Source of the DNA: an uncultured delta proteobacterium
Lineage (GTDB): Bacteria > Myxococcota_A > Polyangia > Polyangiales > JAFGIB01
NCBI GenBank assembly: GCA_963778655.1
Contig: CAVZVA010000005.1
Span: 160,001-224,000, forward strand
Length of the DNA: 64,000 bases
Direction: 5' to 3'
Made by a program: the position numbers and the translations under genes. Position 1 is the first letter of the stretch, and every line of letters begins with the position of its first letter. Under the pieces are notes generated by a model, which had not been told where the DNA came from, did no database searches, and was given only the letters and a program-made list of their open reading frames with translations. Below are positions 19,586 through 31,286 of this stretch, piece after piece.

Positions 19586-21430
19586 TCACGCGCGCTCCTC
19601 GTGCATCGCTTCGATCAGCGAGCGCCACTTGTCCGCGATCACGCGACGCCGCAGCTTCTGCGTGGCGGTCAGCTCGCCGTCGTGGTGCTGCAGCTCGCGC
19701 GGCAGGATGCGGAACCGGCGCACCTGCTCGGCCTCGGCCAGCAGGCGGTTGCAGTGCTCGACTTCGGCCGCGATCAGCTCCACCACCTCGGCTGCGGCCG
19801 CCAGCTCCTGATAGGAGCCGTGGGCCAAGCTGCGGCGCCGCGCCCAGTCCGCCACGGTTTCGTGCTCGACCTGCACCAGCGCGACCACCACCCCGCCCGG
19901 GCTCGCCAGCGCGAGCGCCTCGCGGATGAAGGGGCTGGTCTTGAGCGCGTTCTCGATCTTGTCCGGAGACAAGCGCTTGCCCCCGGCTTCGAGTAGGGCG
20001 TCCTGCTTGCGGCCGGTGACGCGCAGGAAGCCCTGCTCGTCGATCTCCCCGATGTCGCCGGTGCGCAGGAAGCGCTCCTCGTCGAACGCCGCCCGGGTGG
20101 CGGCCTCATCGTGCAGGTAGCCGTGGAACACGCCCGGCCCCCGCAGCAGGATCTCACCGTCGGCCGCGATCCTGTGCTCGATCCCCGCGAGCGGCTGTCC
20201 GACCGTGCCGATCCTGTGCCTGCCCGGTGGATTGAAGTGGCTGCCGGTAGCGAGCTCAGTCATGCCGTAGCTCTCGTGGATCGGGATGCCGACGCCGCGG
20301 AACCATGACAGCAGCTCGGGCGCGAGCGGCGCGGCGCTACTGCCGGGCAAGCGGCAGCGCCGCAGGCCGAGCTGCTCCTGCAGCGCGCGGAACACCAGCA
20401 GGTCGGCGGCCAGCCAGGTGAGCGCGTCGAGCGCGCCGGCCACACCGCCGCGGCGCGCGGCGGCGATGCGCTGCCCCTGCCGCAGGAACAGGAAGAACAG
20501 CGTCTTCTTGAGCCAGCTCGAGCTCTGCATCCGCATCATGGTGGCAGCGAACATCTTCTCCCAGATGCGCGGCACGCCCAGAAACAGCGTGGGCGAGACC
20601 TCGCGCAGGTCTTCCTGCACGGTGTCGACCGATTCGCCGAAGTGCACCACCAGGCCGGTCGCGAGCGGCAGAAAGACGCTGTAGAGGCGCTCGGCCACGT
20701 GGCACAGCGGCAAGTAGGACAACACCAGGTCGCGATCGCTCGCGCCCAGCAGCTGCGCAACCTGCTCAATGCTCTCGCACACGTTGGCGCTCGAGAGCAG
20801 CGCGCCCTTGGGCTGACCGGTCGTGCCCGGGCCGTAGATCACCATCGACGGCTGTTTCGGATCGAGCGCGCGCAGGCGCGCGTCGCCCAGCTCGGGCTCG
20901 GCCTCGAGCCTGCGCCTGCCCTGCGCGAGCAGCTCGTCCCAGCCGAGCAGCCGGGGATCGGCGTAGCCGCGGGTGCCGCGCGGATCGAGCACGATCACGC
21001 GCTCGAGTTGTGGCGCGGCGTTGCCGATTTCGATCACCTTGTCGACCTGCTCCTGGTCCGCGCAGAACAGCACGCGCGCCCGGCTGTGGTTGAGCAGATA
21101 GGCGACGTCGGCCGCGGGGCTGGTCTGATAGATGCCGACGCTACGGGCCGACAGCAGCTGGGTGGCGAGATCCGCGTACAGCCACTCCGGCCGGTTGTCG
21201 CTCAGAATCGCGACCTGGTCGCCGGGTCGCACCCCCAGCTCAAAGAGCGCGCATGCGGTGGCGTGGACGTTGCGGTTGTAGTCGGCCCAGCTGATCTCTT
21301 GCCAGATGCCGAGCTTCTTGCGGCGCAGGGCCGGACGGGCGCCGCGCGTTCGCGCGAACAGCGCCAGCCTGCCTGGGAGCGTCCGCTTGAGCTCCGCCTC
21401 GCTCGCCGCGCTCGCATCGGCGGGGCTCAT
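19586..21430 (-). CDS. Long-chain fatty acid--CoA ligase-like AMP-binding protein
   Basis: YGPGTTGQPKG (atypical P-loop), SYLPLCHVAE, YGMTE, RTGDIG, TQKLRR. Confidence 0.85.
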   Translation of the reverse strand: MSPADASAASEAELKRTLPGRLALFARTRGARPALRRKKLGIWQEISWADYNRNVHATACALFELGVRPGDQVAILSDNRPEWLYADLATQLLSARSVGIYQTSPAADVAYLLNHSRARVLFCADQEQVDKVIEIGNAAPQLERVIVLDPRGTRGYADPRLLGWDELLAQGRRRLEAEPELGDARLRALDPKQPSMVIYGPGTTGQPKGALLSSANVCESIEQVAQLLGASDRDLVLSYLPLCHVAERLYSVFLPLATGLVVHFGESVDTVQEDLREVSPTLFLGVPRIWEKMFAATMMRMQSSSWLKKTLFFLFLRQGQRIAAARRGGVAGALDALTWLAADLLVFRALQEQLGLRRCRLPGSSAAPLAPELLSWFRGVGIPIHESYGMTELATGSHFNPPGRHRIGTVGQPLAGIEHRIAADGEILLRGPGVFHGYLHDEAATRAAFDEERFLRTGDIGEIDEQGFLRVTGRKQDALLEAGGKRLSPDKIENALKTSPFIREALALASPGGVVVALVQVEHETVADWARRRSLAHGSYQELAAAAEVVELIAAEVEHCNRLLAEAEQVRRFRILPRELQHHDGELTATQKLRRRVIADKWRSLIEAMHEERA

Positions 21431-22188
21431 GTCGCGGTCCCCCCCAGGTAGGCCTCGATCACAGCCGGGTTGCGGCTGACCTCGGCCGGCGAGCCCTGCG
21501 CGATCTTCTTGCCGAAGTCGAGCACGGCGACCACGTCGGCCAGATCCATCACGAAGCGCAGGTCGTGGTCGATCAGGATCTGGGTCACGCCGAGCTCCTC
21601 CTTGATGTCGAGCATGTAGCGCGCCATCAGCTCGGTCTCTTCCTGGTTGAGCCCGGCCGCGGGCTCGTCCAGCAGCAGCAGCTTCGGCTCCATGCACAGC
21701 GCGCGGGCCAGCTCCACGCGCTTGCGCACGCCGTAGGGCAGCACGCCGACCGGTAGCCGGCGCTGGCGCTCCAGGTGCATGAACTCGATGATTTCCTCGG
21801 CGCGCTTGCGGTGGCGCACCTCCTCGGCGCGCGCACCGCGCGAAAACAGCAGGTCGTGAAAGAAGTGCGTGCGGTAAAGGTGGTGGCGCCCGACCAGCAG
21901 GTTTTCCAGCACCGTAAGGTTCTCGAACAGGCCGAGGTTCTGGAACATGCGCGCAATGCCCAGGCGCGCGGCGCGGTGGGGCTTCTCTCCCACCAGCTCG
22001 TGACCCTCGAAGCGAATCGAGCCGCGCTGCGGTCTGTACACGGCAGAGATGCAGTTGAACAGAGAGGTCTTACCCGCGCCGTTGGGGCCGATCACCGCCA
22101 GCAGCTGGCCGCCCGGCACCGACAGCGAGACGCCGTCGATCGCGCGCACGCCCGAAAACGAAAGCTCGATGTCGCGAACCTCCAGCAT
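21427..22188 (-). CDS. ABC ATP-binding protein (LivG-like)
   Basis: [12 protein letters not shown] signature, LLLDEPAAG. Confidence 0.92.
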   Translation of the reverse strand: MLEVRDIELSFSGVRAIDGVSLSVPGGQLLAVIGPNGAGKTSLFNCISAVYRPQRGSIRFEGHELVGEKPHRAARLGIARMFQNLGLFENLTVLENLLVGRHHLYRTHFFHDLLFSRGARAEEVRHRKRAEEIIEFMHLERQRRLPVGVLPYGVRKRVELARALCMEPKLLLLDEPAAGLNQEETELMARYMLDIKEELGVTQILIDHDLRFVMDLADVVAVLDFGKKIAQGSPAEVSRNPAVIEAYLGGTAT

Positions 22189-22202
22189 GGGGCTACCGTA
22201 AC

Positions 22203-22994
<792 letters not shown>

Positions 22995-23042
22995 CGATCT
23001 CAGGAGTCGGGCGGTGCGGCGGCCGGCGGCCCGCGTGGCCGC

Positions 23043-24422
23043 TCACTGCGTCGCGACCGGCTGCGCCGGTGCCGACGGCGCCGCAGTCGCCGTCTTGGCG
23101 CCCTCCGCGGGCGCGCCTTCGAGCGAGCTCGGCGAGGCCCAGTCCGACACCATGGTCCATGCCTTCTTCGCGAAGTCCGGTTTCATCACCCGCGTGCGGG
23201 TGCTGGTGACGTAGGGAAATTTGCTCAAGTCGATCGGCGGAAACAGGCCTCCGGCCGTGAAGCCCGTGATCTTCGGCACCACGGCCAGCAGGCCCTCTCG
23301 GGTCAGGTCGCCGGCCTCGATTGCGCGCTTGAGGATCTCGCAGGCCAGCAGGCCCTGCGTGTAGGACAGCAGCAAGTACCAGTCCGGCGGGCTCTGCGCC
23401 TTGCCGAACTTGTTGTAGGCCTCGATGAACTTCGGCATGCCCGGGCTGTCCTCGCCCCAGAACGGCATGCCGCTGACCATGTAGTAGTTGGCGAACACCG
23501 CCGAGGGGATCACCTGAGGGTTGAAGAAACCGTCGATCCAGGTCGGCGTCTGGCCGAGCCAGACCGGCTTGTACTGTAGCTGTGACGCGGTGCCGAGCAG
23601 CGGCCCGGTCGCGCTCGGCAGAATCGTCATCATCACGTGCGTGGCGCCGGCGCTCTTGAGCGCGGACACGATCGCCGCGAAGTCGCGCTGTCCCGGCGTG
23701 ACCGTCTGCTCGCTCACGATCTTGACGCCGTGGTGCTGCGCCGCCTTCTTCCAGCCGTTGAGGCCGTCCTCGCCGTAATCGTCCTGCTGATAGACAATCG
23801 CCGCCTTGATCGCGTCCTTCTTCTTGCCGGCCTTCTCCTGCTCAGCAACTACGAAGTCCATCGCGCGCATGGCCTCGATCTCGTACGAGGCGCCTGCCGG
23901 GATGGTGAAGCGGTTCTGTGCCATCTGCGACGACAGCGATGCGGGCAGCGCGATCATCTTGTCGCGCTCCAGCATGGGACGCAGCGGCAAGGTGTTCGGT
24001 GTGCCGAAGCTGTGAGCGATCATCAGCACGTCGTCCTTGATCTCGTTGTAGGCCTGGACGGACTTTTGCGGGTTGTATCCGTGATCGCGCTCGACCAGCT
24101 GGATCTTCCAGCCGTCGGGCAGCAGCCCGCTGCCGCCGGCGTTGACCTGCGCGGCCATCACGCGCTTGCCTACGGCCTCCGGCTTGCCGATGGTCGCCGC
24201 CGGTCCGCTCTCGTCGTTGAGCACGCCCAGGCGGATCGTCTTGTGCTCGAGGTCGACGCCCTTGCCGACCTTGATCGCCGGCAGCGCGGCCTTTGGCGCT
24301 TCGGTGCCGCGCGGCGCCGGCGTCGCCGGCGCGTTCTGGCTCTGGTTGCAGCCCGCGGCCAGCGTTGCCAGCGCGAAGCTGGCCAACAGCTTGTGCATCG
24401 TCGAACGCATGTTCACCCCCAT
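23043..24422 (-). CDS. HAAT-family ABC substrate-binding lipoprotein
   Basis: AAG-C lipobox, DESGPAA, DHGYNP, YQQDDYGEDG; AGGAG RBS. Confidence 0.88.
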   Translation of the reverse strand: MGVNMRSTMHKLLASFALATLAAGCNQSQNAPATPAPRGTEAPKAALPAIKVGKGVDLEHKTIRLGVLNDESGPAATIGKPEAVGKRVMAAQVNAGGSGLLPDGWKIQLVERDHGYNPQKSVQAYNEIKDDVLMIAHSFGTPNTLPLRPMLERDKMIALPASLSSQMAQNRFTIPAGASYEIEAMRAMDFVVAEQEKAGKKKDAIKAAIVYQQDDYGEDGLNGWKKAAQHHGVKIVSEQTVTPGQRDFAAIVSALKSAGATHVMMTILPSATGPLLGTASQLQYKPVWLGQTPTWIDGFFNPQVIPSAVFANYYMVSGMPFWGEDSPGMPKFIEAYNKFGKAQSPPDWYLLLSYTQGLLACEILKRAIEAGDLTREGLLAVVPKITGFTAGGLFPPIDLSKFPYVTSTRTRVMKPDFAKKAWTMVSDWASPSSLEGAPAEGAKTATAAPSAPAQPVATQ

Positions 24423-24454
24423 TGGCTCCTACCCTCACCCAGTGTGGGACGGCC

Positions 24455-24484
24455 ACAGTAGACGATCTCTTGCAATTGATTCAA
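24455..24484 (-). promoter_or_regulatory. Probable sigma-70 promoter of the transporter operon
   Basis: Minus strand TTGAAT-18 nt-TACTGT in an AT-rich patch. Confidence 0.45.
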
Positions 24485-24565
24485 TACCGGCCCGGGAACC
24501 GATCGCGCCGGTGCGCGCGCGCCGCTGGCAGCGGCCGGCAATCGGGCCCGCGCGGCGCGCCGGGC

Positions 24566-25369
24566 TCAGCGGCGGCCGTGGCGGAAGCGCGGCTGAGGCT
24601 TGGGCAGCAGTTGCGGGCCGAGCTGCAGCGCGTCCTGCACCGCGCGCTCGACTTCCTTGGTCAAGATGAGCTGGACGGCCTCGCCCCCGACGCCGCCGTG
24701 GAACAGGGCCTCGATCGCGACCAGAACGTCCTCGGGCCGGGAGCTGCGGCCGAAGCCGTGGCCGATCTTCTTGATCGCGTAGTCGACCATTTCGCGGGCC
24801 GCGCGTGCCAGCCGGCGCTCCAGAATTTCCTGCAGGCTGACCGCGATGTCGATGTCGATGCCGGCGTCGAGCAGGCGTCGCCCGAGTGCGAGCAGGGCGG
24901 GGCTGCGCACCAGATAGCGGCGGTTGCTACCCTCGCCCTGCGGCTGGATCCCGCCCTTGCTGATCAGCCGGGCGATCACCCCCGGTGCCGGGTTGCCCAG
25001 CGCGCGCTTGAGCTCTTCCTCGGTCACCAGCGCCGGGGCGTCCTGCGAGAGCGAGCCTAGCCGCTCGCCCAGGCCGAGCCAGCGATGGATCGCCTCGCTG
25101 TCGAGATCCTGGCGCGAGATGACGTCGCGGATCGCGCGCAAGCGCAGGCCCTTGTCCTGCAGCTCGCCGACCAGCTTGAGCCGCTCGGCGTGCGCGTCGT
25201 TGTAGACCGCGACCCGCCCGCGCTTGCGCGGGGCCGGCAGCACACCCTTCGCCTGGTAGAAGCGAATGGTCCGGCTGGGCACGCCGGTGCGTGCTGCCAG
25301 CTCGTCGATCGTGTACTCGCCCGGCCCGGGAGCCTCGTCTGCGCTCGATTCCATGCCCACCTGATCCAC
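24566..25369 (-). CDS. MerR-family transcriptional regulator (start 25369 GTG or 25354 ATG)
   Basis: YTIDELAARTGVPSRTIRFYQAKGVL HTH. Confidence 0.9.
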   Translation of the reverse strand: MDQVGMESSADEAPGPGEYTIDELAARTGVPSRTIRFYQAKGVLPAPRKRGRVAVYNDAHAERLKLVGELQDKGLRLRAIRDVISRQDLDSEAIHRWLGLGERLGSLSQDAPALVTEEELKRALGNPAPGVIARLISKGGIQPQGEGSNRRYLVRSPALLALGRRLLDAGIDIDIAVSLQEILERRLARAAREMVDYAIKKIGHGFGRSSRPEDVLVAIEALFHGGVGGEAVQLILTKEVERAVQDALQLGPQLLPKPQPRFRHGRR

Positions 25370-25376
25370 CCATCAA

Positions 25377-25405
25377 ACCGTAACAGTGCTAACTGTAATG
25401 GTCAA
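25377..25405 (-). promoter_or_regulatory. merR promoter with inverted repeat in the spacer
   Basis: TTGACC-17 nt-TACGGT; spacer holds ACAGT-N4-ACTGT (25383-25396). Confidence 0.6.
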
Positions 25406-26322
25406 CCGGGCTCGGTCTGGTCCGGCTGGCTCTCCAGAAACGCGGCGATCAGCTGGCCGGCCAGCGAGAAGCTTCCCGGCGGCACGTAGAAGCCGTGCGC
25501 GCGGCAATCGCGGATCACCTCGCGGCTGACCCAGCGCGCGTCCTCCAGCTCGTCGTCGCCGAGCCGGATCTCGGAGCTGGCGGCGCGCGCGATGAAACCG
25601 ATCATCAGCGAGGCAGGGAAGGGCCACGGCTGCGAGCGGAAGTAGCGCACGTCCCGGATCGCGATCCCGGCTTCTTCGGCGACCTCGCGTTCCACCGCTT
25701 GCTCGATGCTCTCGCCCGGCTCGACGAAGCCCGCCAGCACCGAGTACATGCCGGCCGGCCAGCGCCGCTGCCGGCCCAGCAGGCAGCGCTCGCCGTCATG
25801 CACCAGCACGATGATCGCCGGGTCGGTGCGCGGAAAGTGCTCGCTGCGGCAGCGCTCGTCGCGGCACACCCGCAGGTGGCCGCCCTCGCGCGGCAGCGTG
25901 GGTGCGCCGCAGGTCCCGCAGTGCTGTTGGCGGCGGTGCCAGTGCATGATACCGCGCGCATAGGCCGCGAGGCCGGCCTGGTCAGGCGTCAGCCGCGCAC
26001 CCAGCGCGCGCAGATCCTGCAGCTCGCCGCGGCCGGACAGGGCCGGGTGCTGCAGCGGCTGTTCGAGCGCGCTCACGTCGAGCGCGAAGCAGCTGCGCTC
26101 TCCCAGCTTGCCCAGCCACACCAGCTCGCCGCCTTCGTCGAGCAGCGCGCGCGCCTCGGCCAGCGGCAGCAGCGCGAGCCGCTCGCGGTCCACCAGGTTC
26201 AGGTCGCGGAACACGGGCAGCAGCAGCGTTTCGGGCGCGCGCAACTCCGCTTCCAGTCGATCGAGGTTCTTGCGCAGGTGAGCCGCGCGGTCGAGCGGCG
26301 GCAGCGGGGCGTCCTCCGACAT
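25402..26322 (-). CDS. nudC: NAD(+) diphosphatase / NAD-cap decapping Nudix hydrolase
   Basis: CGTCG...C zinc finger, FPRTDPAII, GFVEPGES...REVAEEAG, SQPWPFP. Confidence 0.93.
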   Translation of the reverse strand: MSEDAPLPPLDRAAHLRKNLDRLEAELRAPETLLLPVFRDLNLVDRERLALLPLAEARALLDEGGELVWLGKLGERSCFALDVSALEQPLQHPALSGRGELQDLRALGARLTPDQAGLAAYARGIMHWHRRQQHCGTCGAPTLPREGGHLRVCRDERCRSEHFPRTDPAIIVLVHDGERCLLGRQRRWPAGMYSVLAGFVEPGESIEQAVEREVAEEAGIAIRDVRYFRSQPWPFPASLMIGFIARAASSEIRLGDDELEDARWVSREVIRDCRAHGFYVPPGSFSLAGQLIAAFLESQPDQTEPG

Positions 26323-26437
26323 GCGTACCGAGCCTGTCACGCGCCACGCAGCCAGGCCAGGCCATGCCAGGCAGCCGGGCGGGAAGGGGCCCTCACGCCG
26401 AGCCGGCGCCTATTCCGGGCCCGCGCAATCGTCCGAT

Positions 26438-26461
26438 CTTCCCGTCTTCCCGCCTTCCTGT
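26438..26461 (-). repeat. REP-like 8-mer repeat
   Basis: CTTCCCGT CTTCCCGC CTTCCTGT, the reverse complement of ACAGGAAG GCGGGAAG ACGGGAAG; degenerate forward arm near 26367-26386. Confidence 0.8.
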
Positions 26462-26476
26462 TGCAGGGCCCGGTCT

Positions 26477-26980
26477 TCAGTCGGGGTCGTCCTCGGGCTC
26501 GGCCGGCACGATCTGGCCGCGCAGCACCTGCAGCATGCCCTCGACCTCGGTCGCGACCTCGAGCTCCGGCTGCAGCGCCTGCAGCCGCGTCAGGTAGTCC
26601 TCGGCCGCCGCGTTGTCGCCGCGCGCGAAGTGGCTGGCGCCCAGCAGGTACAGTGCCTCGGGATCGTGCTTGTCGCGCGCCAGCAGCTGCTGGCCCATGC
26701 GGATCGCCTGATCGTAGCGGCCGAGCGCGCGCAGCGCGTGGCCGGCGCCGACCATCGCCCCGAGGTAGCCGGGCGCGAGCTGCAGCGCCTGGACGTAGGC
26801 GCGCAGCGCCTGCTCGTAGTGGTGCAGCTCGAAGCACGCGGCGCCCAGAAAGAAGCACGCGTACTCGTTGTCGGGCGAGCGCGCCAGCAGCGCTTCGAGC
26901 TCGCGCACCGCGCGCTCGGGCTCGCCCTCGGCCAGCAGCTCCGCGCCCTCCTGCGCCGCCTCCCAGGCCTCCTCGCTCAT
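26477..26980 (-). CDS. TPR protein
   Basis: Three to four TPR-like units (ACFFLGAAC, AMVGAGHAL, ALYLLGASH). Confidence 0.8.
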   Translation of the reverse strand: MSEEAWEAAQEGAELLAEGEPERAVRELEALLARSPDNEYACFFLGAACFELHHYEQALRAYVQALQLAPGYLGAMVGAGHALRALGRYDQAIRMGQQLLARDKHDPEALYLLGASHFARGDNAAAEDYLTRLQALQPELEVATEVEGMLQVLRGQIVPAEPEDDPD

Positions 26981-26993
26981 GGCTGGCCGTGTC

Positions 26994-28427
26994 TCAGAGC
27001 CCGACCAGCGCCAGCTGGCGGCGCTGGTGGCCGGGGCGCGAGAACGCCACCGGGTAGTCGCCGGTGAAGCACGCGTTGCAGTAGCCGTTGCCGCCAACCG
27101 CCGCGTGCAGGCCCTCGACGCTGAGGTAGCCGAGCGAGTCGCAGGTGATGTAGCGGCCGATTTCCTCGACGCTGTGGTTGCTGGCGATCAGCTCGCTGCG
27201 CGAGGGCGTGTCGATGCCGTAGAAGCACGGCCAGCGCGTGGGCGGCGCGCTGATGCGCAGGTGCACCTCGGTGGCGCCGGCGTGGCGCAGCATCTTGACG
27301 ATCTTGCGGCTGGTGGTGCCGCGCACCAGCGAATCGTCGACCACCACCACGCGCTTGCCCTCGAGCACGCCCCGCACCGGATTGAGCTTGAGCCGCACGC
27401 CGAAGTGGCGGATCGAGGACTGCGGCTCGATGAAGGTGCGACCCACGTAGTGGCTGCGGATCAGCCCCAGCTCGAAGGGGATGGAGGCGGCCTGGGCGTA
27501 GCCCAGCGCCGCGGCCACCCCGCTGTCGGGCACCGGCACCACCACGTCGGCCTCGGCCGGCGCCTCGCGCGCCAGCGTGCGGCCGAGCCGCTTGCGCGCC
27601 TCGTAGACGCTGATGCCGTTGAGCACCGAGTCGGGCCGAGCGAAGTACACGTACTCGAAGATGCACATGTGACGCTCGGCCTCGCCGAACGGATAGAAGC
27701 TCTCCAGCCCGCGCTCGCTCACCACCACCATCTCGCCGGGCTCCACGTCGCGCACGTACTCGGCGGCGATCAGGTCGAACGCGGGCGGCTCGGAGGCGAA
27801 CACCCAGCCGTCGCCGAAACGCCCGATCGACAGCGGGCGGAAGCCGTTGGGGTCGCGCACCGCGATCAGGTGCTCGCCGGTCAGGAACAGCAAGGAGAAC
27901 GCGCCGCGCACCTGGCGCAGGGCATCGGCCACGCGGTCGACGTGGGTCTTTTGCCGCGAGTGGGCGATCAGGTGGACCAGCACCTCGCTATCGCTGGTGG
28001 ACTGGAAGATCGACCCGTTCGACTCCAGCCGGCTGCGCAGCTCCTCGTAGTTGGTGAGGTTGCCGTTGTGCGCCACCGCCAGCGAGCCGAGCTCGTAGTC
28101 GACCGCCAATGGCTGCGCGTTCTTGAGGTGCGAGCCGCCCGCGGTCGAGTAGCGCACGTGGCCGATCGCGCGATCGCCCTCGAGTTGCTTGAGGATCGCC
28201 TCGGTGAACACGTCGCGCACCAACCCGAGGTCGCGGTGCATGCTGAGGTGCCCGTTGTCGGTGGCGGCAATCCCCGCGCTCTCCTGGCCGCGGTGCTGCA
28301 GCGCGTGTAGTCCCAGGTAGGTCAGATTGGCCGCTTCGCTGGAGCCGAAGATGCCGAACAAACCGCACTCGTCGTGAAAGTGGTCGTCGTCGAAATCCGC
28401 GTCGGGGTCGTCGGTTGCCTCAGGCAC
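26994..28427 (-). CDS. purF: Amidophosphoribosyltransferase (propeptide- and Fe-S-containing type)
   Basis: [48 protein letters not shown]. Confidence 0.95.
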   Translation of the reverse strand: MPEATDDPDADFDDDHFHDECGLFGIFGSSEAANLTYLGLHALQHRGQESAGIAATDNGHLSMHRDLGLVRDVFTEAILKQLEGDRAIGHVRYSTAGGSHLKNAQPLAVDYELGSLAVAHNGNLTNYEELRSRLESNGSIFQSTSDSEVLVHLIAHSRQKTHVDRVADALRQVRGAFSLLFLTGEHLIAVRDPNGFRPLSIGRFGDGWVFASEPPAFDLIAAEYVRDVEPGEMVVVSERGLESFYPFGEAERHMCIFEYVYFARPDSVLNGISVYEARKRLGRTLAREAPAEADVVVPVPDSGVAAALGYAQAASIPFELGLIRSHYVGRTFIEPQSSIRHFGVRLKLNPVRGVLEGKRVVVVDDSLVRGTTSRKIVKMLRHAGATEVHLRISAPPTRWPCFYGIDTPSRSELIASNHSVEEIGRYITCDSLGYLSVEGLHAAVGGNGYCNACFTGDYPVAFSRPGHQRRQLALVGL

Positions 28428-28619
28428 GCGCGATCCATAGCGCCGGGCGACCCGAACGTCTACATTGGTGCGCCCCGATCCGGCCCCCGATTCGGCCCGC
28501 TGGCTCGCTGCCGTCGCGCGGCGGGTGCGGCGGTTCGGACTGGCTCGCCGGCCGGTGTGCGTCGGATTCACGGGTGCGCGAGCGCCCGAGTCGAGCTTTT
28601 CCGGATTTCCGTTTCCCTC

Positions 28620-31286
28620 ATGCTGCTTCGCCCCATCGACACCTTGCTGCCGCGCGCTTCGCGCAGCTTCGGGGGCAAGGCCAAGAACCTGGCGATCCTG
28701 GTGCGCGCCGGCTTTCCGGTGCCGGCGGCGTATGCCCTGTCCAGCGAGGCGGCCACGCAGCACTTCGATCGCGCGCTGCCGCCCGCGCTGCGCCCTGCCT
28801 ACCTGCTGTCGCACCCGCCGATCGCAGAGGCCGATCTGGCGAGCGCGCGCGAGCGCGTGCTGCAGACCGATCTCGCCCCCGAGCTGAGCCGCGAGCTGCT
28901 GCGATCGTTCGACGCGCTGAAGGCGGCCTCGGCGCTGGGCGTGGCGGTGCGTTCGTCGAGCACGCTCGAGGACCAGGGCGTGGCATCGGCCGCGGGCCTG
29001 CACATCTCGGCGCTCAACGTGACCGAAGGCGCGGCGCTGCTCGACGCCGTGCGCCGCTGCTTCGCGCAGGTGTTTTCCTCGCGCGTGGTCGCCTATGCAC
29101 AGAGCCTCGGGCTCTCGGCGGCGGGCGAGATGGGCGTGGTGATCCAGGCGATGGTGCCCGCCGACGTCGCAGGCGTGCTGTTCACGGTCAACCCGCTCAC
29201 CGGCGATCCCGAGGAGATCGTGATCGACGCCAGCTACGGTCTGGGCGCGGGCGTCACCGGCGGCCGCACCGTGCCGGACACCTACCGCATCCACAAGGCC
29301 AGCGGTTGGGTGCGCGACCGCGTGATCGGCGACAAGCGCGTGCGGCTGGTGGCGGTGCCCGGCGGCGGCGTGCGCGAGGAGCCCGTGCCCGCGTCGCTGG
29401 CTCAGAAGCAGGCGCTCGACGAGCACATGCTGGCGCAGCTGGTGGCGCTCGGGCGCAGGGTCGAGGAGCATTTCGGCGACGCGCGCGACATCGAGTTTGC
29501 AGTAGCCGGCGACAGCGTCTACCTGCTGCAGGCGCGCGCGGTCACCGCCGCCCTGTTGCGTCCGGCGCGGGCGCGAGGCCGCCGCCGCAAGCGCCTCGAG
29601 AGCGACGTCAGCGGGCTGGTGTGGTCGAATCTCAACGTGGGCGAGGCCCTGCCCGGCGTGGCCACGCCGCTCACCTGGTCGGTGCTCTCGGAGTTCAGCG
29701 AGCTCGGATTTCGGGAAGCATTCGCGGCGCTCGGCTGCAAGGTGCCCAAGGAGGCGACGCTGGTCGGCAACTTCCGCGGCCGCATCTACCTCAACTTGAG
29801 CGAGCTCACGCAGATCGCGGCGCAGGTGCCGGGGCTCCGCCCGAGCCTGGTGCTGCCGCTGGGCGGCGGCAGCGAGATCGCGCGGCTGGAGCAGGAGCGC
29901 AAGCGACCGAGCCCTGCGGCGTTCCTGCTGCGGCTGCCGGCCACCGCCGCGCGCTTCAGCCGCTCCAACCTCGGCTTCAGTCGCCGCGTGGTCGAGCTCG
30001 AACGCGCGTTCGAGGCCGAACGACTGCGCATCGAGCGCGTCGATCTGCGCATCCTGTCGTCGAGCGCGCTCGACGAGACCTTGTCGGATGCGCACCGCCT
30101 GCTCGAGCACGGCGGCACCATGCTGCTGACCGCATACGGGGGGCTGCTGGCGGTGCTGGCCCCCCTGCGCGCGGCCTTGCTGCTGCTCAAGGGCGAGCAG
30201 GCCGGCCGCGTGCAACACGCGCTGATGTCGGCGATAGAGGACGTGGAGAGCGCGGGCCCCGGCCACGAGATCCTGAAGGTCACCGCGGCGTTCGCGGCCG
30301 ATGAGGCCGCGCGCGCGCGCCTGCTCGAAGGCGACCACGCGCTCTCGCCGCAGCAGCTGCCCGTGGGCCCGGCGCGGCGCGCGGTCGAGGCCTTCCTGCG
30401 CCTGTACGGGCACCGCGCGGTGCGCGAGGCCGAGCTGATCGAGCCGCGCTGGCGAGAGGATCCGAGCATGCTGTTCGACGCCGTGCGGGTGCAGCTGCGC
30501 AGGACCGGCGGAGACCCCGAAGCACTGCTGCGGCGGCGCGTCGAGTCGGCGCGGGCGGCGGGCGAGGCGGCGCTTGCGAGCCTGCCGCTGCTGGTGCGCC
30601 CTCCGCTGCGCGCCCTGCTCTCGAGCGTGCGCACCTACCTGCGCCTGCGCGAGCGGCTGCGTTCGGACGTGGTGCACGCGCTCGGGCTGCTGCGCGCGCT
30701 GGCGCTGGACGCCTCGCGCCGGCTGGCCGTGCGCGAGCCGGACATCGGTGAGGACGCTGCCTTCTTCCTGACTCTGGACGAGCTGCACGGGGTGTTGCGC
30801 GGAGAGGTGCGTTCGGTCGCGGCGCTGGTGCGCCGGCGCCACGCCCAATACGAGCGCGACCGCAGCCTGCCCGACCCGCCCGCGACCTTCGTGGGTTATC
30901 CGCCGCCGCCCGGCGCTGCGTCCGGGTCGCCGCCGCCTGCGCCGCCGGCAGGCGACGCGCGAGAGTGCCTCTCGGGGCTGGGCGCGAGCGCCGGCGCGGC
31001 CGAGGGCGCGGTGCGCGTGATGCGCTCGGCCGCCGACGCCGCCAGCTTGCTGCCGGGAGAGATCCTGGTCGTGCCCGCGGCCGACGTGGGCTGGGTGCCG
31101 CTGTTCGTGGCGGCCGGCGCGCTGGTGACCGACGTGGGCGGCCCGCTCTCACACGCCTGCGTGGTCGCGCGCGAGCTCGGCCTGCCCGCGGTGGTCAACG
31201 TGCGCACGGCCACCCGCGCGCTCATCACCGGGGAGCGCGTGCGCGTGGACGGCGACGCCGGCACCGTGCAGCGGCTGCGAGCGTGA
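28620..31286 (+). CDS. PEP/pyruvate-binding (ATP-grasp) + middle domain + C-terminal phospho-His swivel protein (rifampicin phosphotransferase-like architecture)
   Basis: [59 protein letters not shown]. Confidence 0.85.
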   Translation: MLLRPIDTLLPRASRSFGGKAKNLAILVRAGFPVPAAYALSSEAATQHFDRALPPALRPAYLLSHPPIAEADLASARERVLQTDLAPELSRELLRSFDALKAASALGVAVRSSSTLEDQGVASAAGLHISALNVTEGAALLDAVRRCFAQVFSSRVVAYAQSLGLSAAGEMGVVIQAMVPADVAGVLFTVNPLTGDPEEIVIDASYGLGAGVTGGRTVPDTYRIHKASGWVRDRVIGDKRVRLVAVPGGGVREEPVPASLAQKQALDEHMLAQLVALGRRVEEHFGDARDIEFAVAGDSVYLLQARAVTAALLRPARARGRRRKRLESDVSGLVWSNLNVGEALPGVATPLTWSVLSEFSELGFREAFAALGCKVPKEATLVGNFRGRIYLNLSELTQIAAQVPGLRPSLVLPLGGGSEIARLEQERKRPSPAAFLLRLPATAARFSRSNLGFSRRVVELERAFEAERLRIERVDLRILSSSALDETLSDAHRLLEHGGTMLLTAYGGLLAVLAPLRAALLLLKGEQAGRVQHALMSAIEDVESAGPGHEILKVTAAFAADEAARARLLEGDHALSPQQLPVGPARRAVEAFLRLYGHRAVREAELIEPRWREDPSMLFDAVRVQLRRTGGDPEALLRRRVESARAAGEAALASLPLLVRPPLRALLSSVRTYLRLRERLRSDVVHALGLLRALALDASRRLAVREPDIGEDAAFFLTLDELHGVLRGEVRSVAALVRRRHAQYERDRSLPDPPATFVGYPPPPGAASGSPPPAPPAGDARECLSGLGASAGAAEGAVRVMRSAADAASLLPGEILVVPAADVGWVPLFVAAGALVTDVGGPLSHACVVARELGLPAVVNVRTATRALITGERVRVDGDAGTVQRLRA

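Noticed and set aside
26994..30848. 1284-aa ORF suggesting a giant PurF fusion
   Set aside because: The upstream part is antisense to the PEP-utilizer gene; PurF needs a near-N-terminal Cys, so the start is about 28427
28620..31286. Calling this gene ppsA or rph
   Set aside because: It lacks the C-terminal PEP-synthase barrel, and rifamycin specificity cannot be shown from motifs
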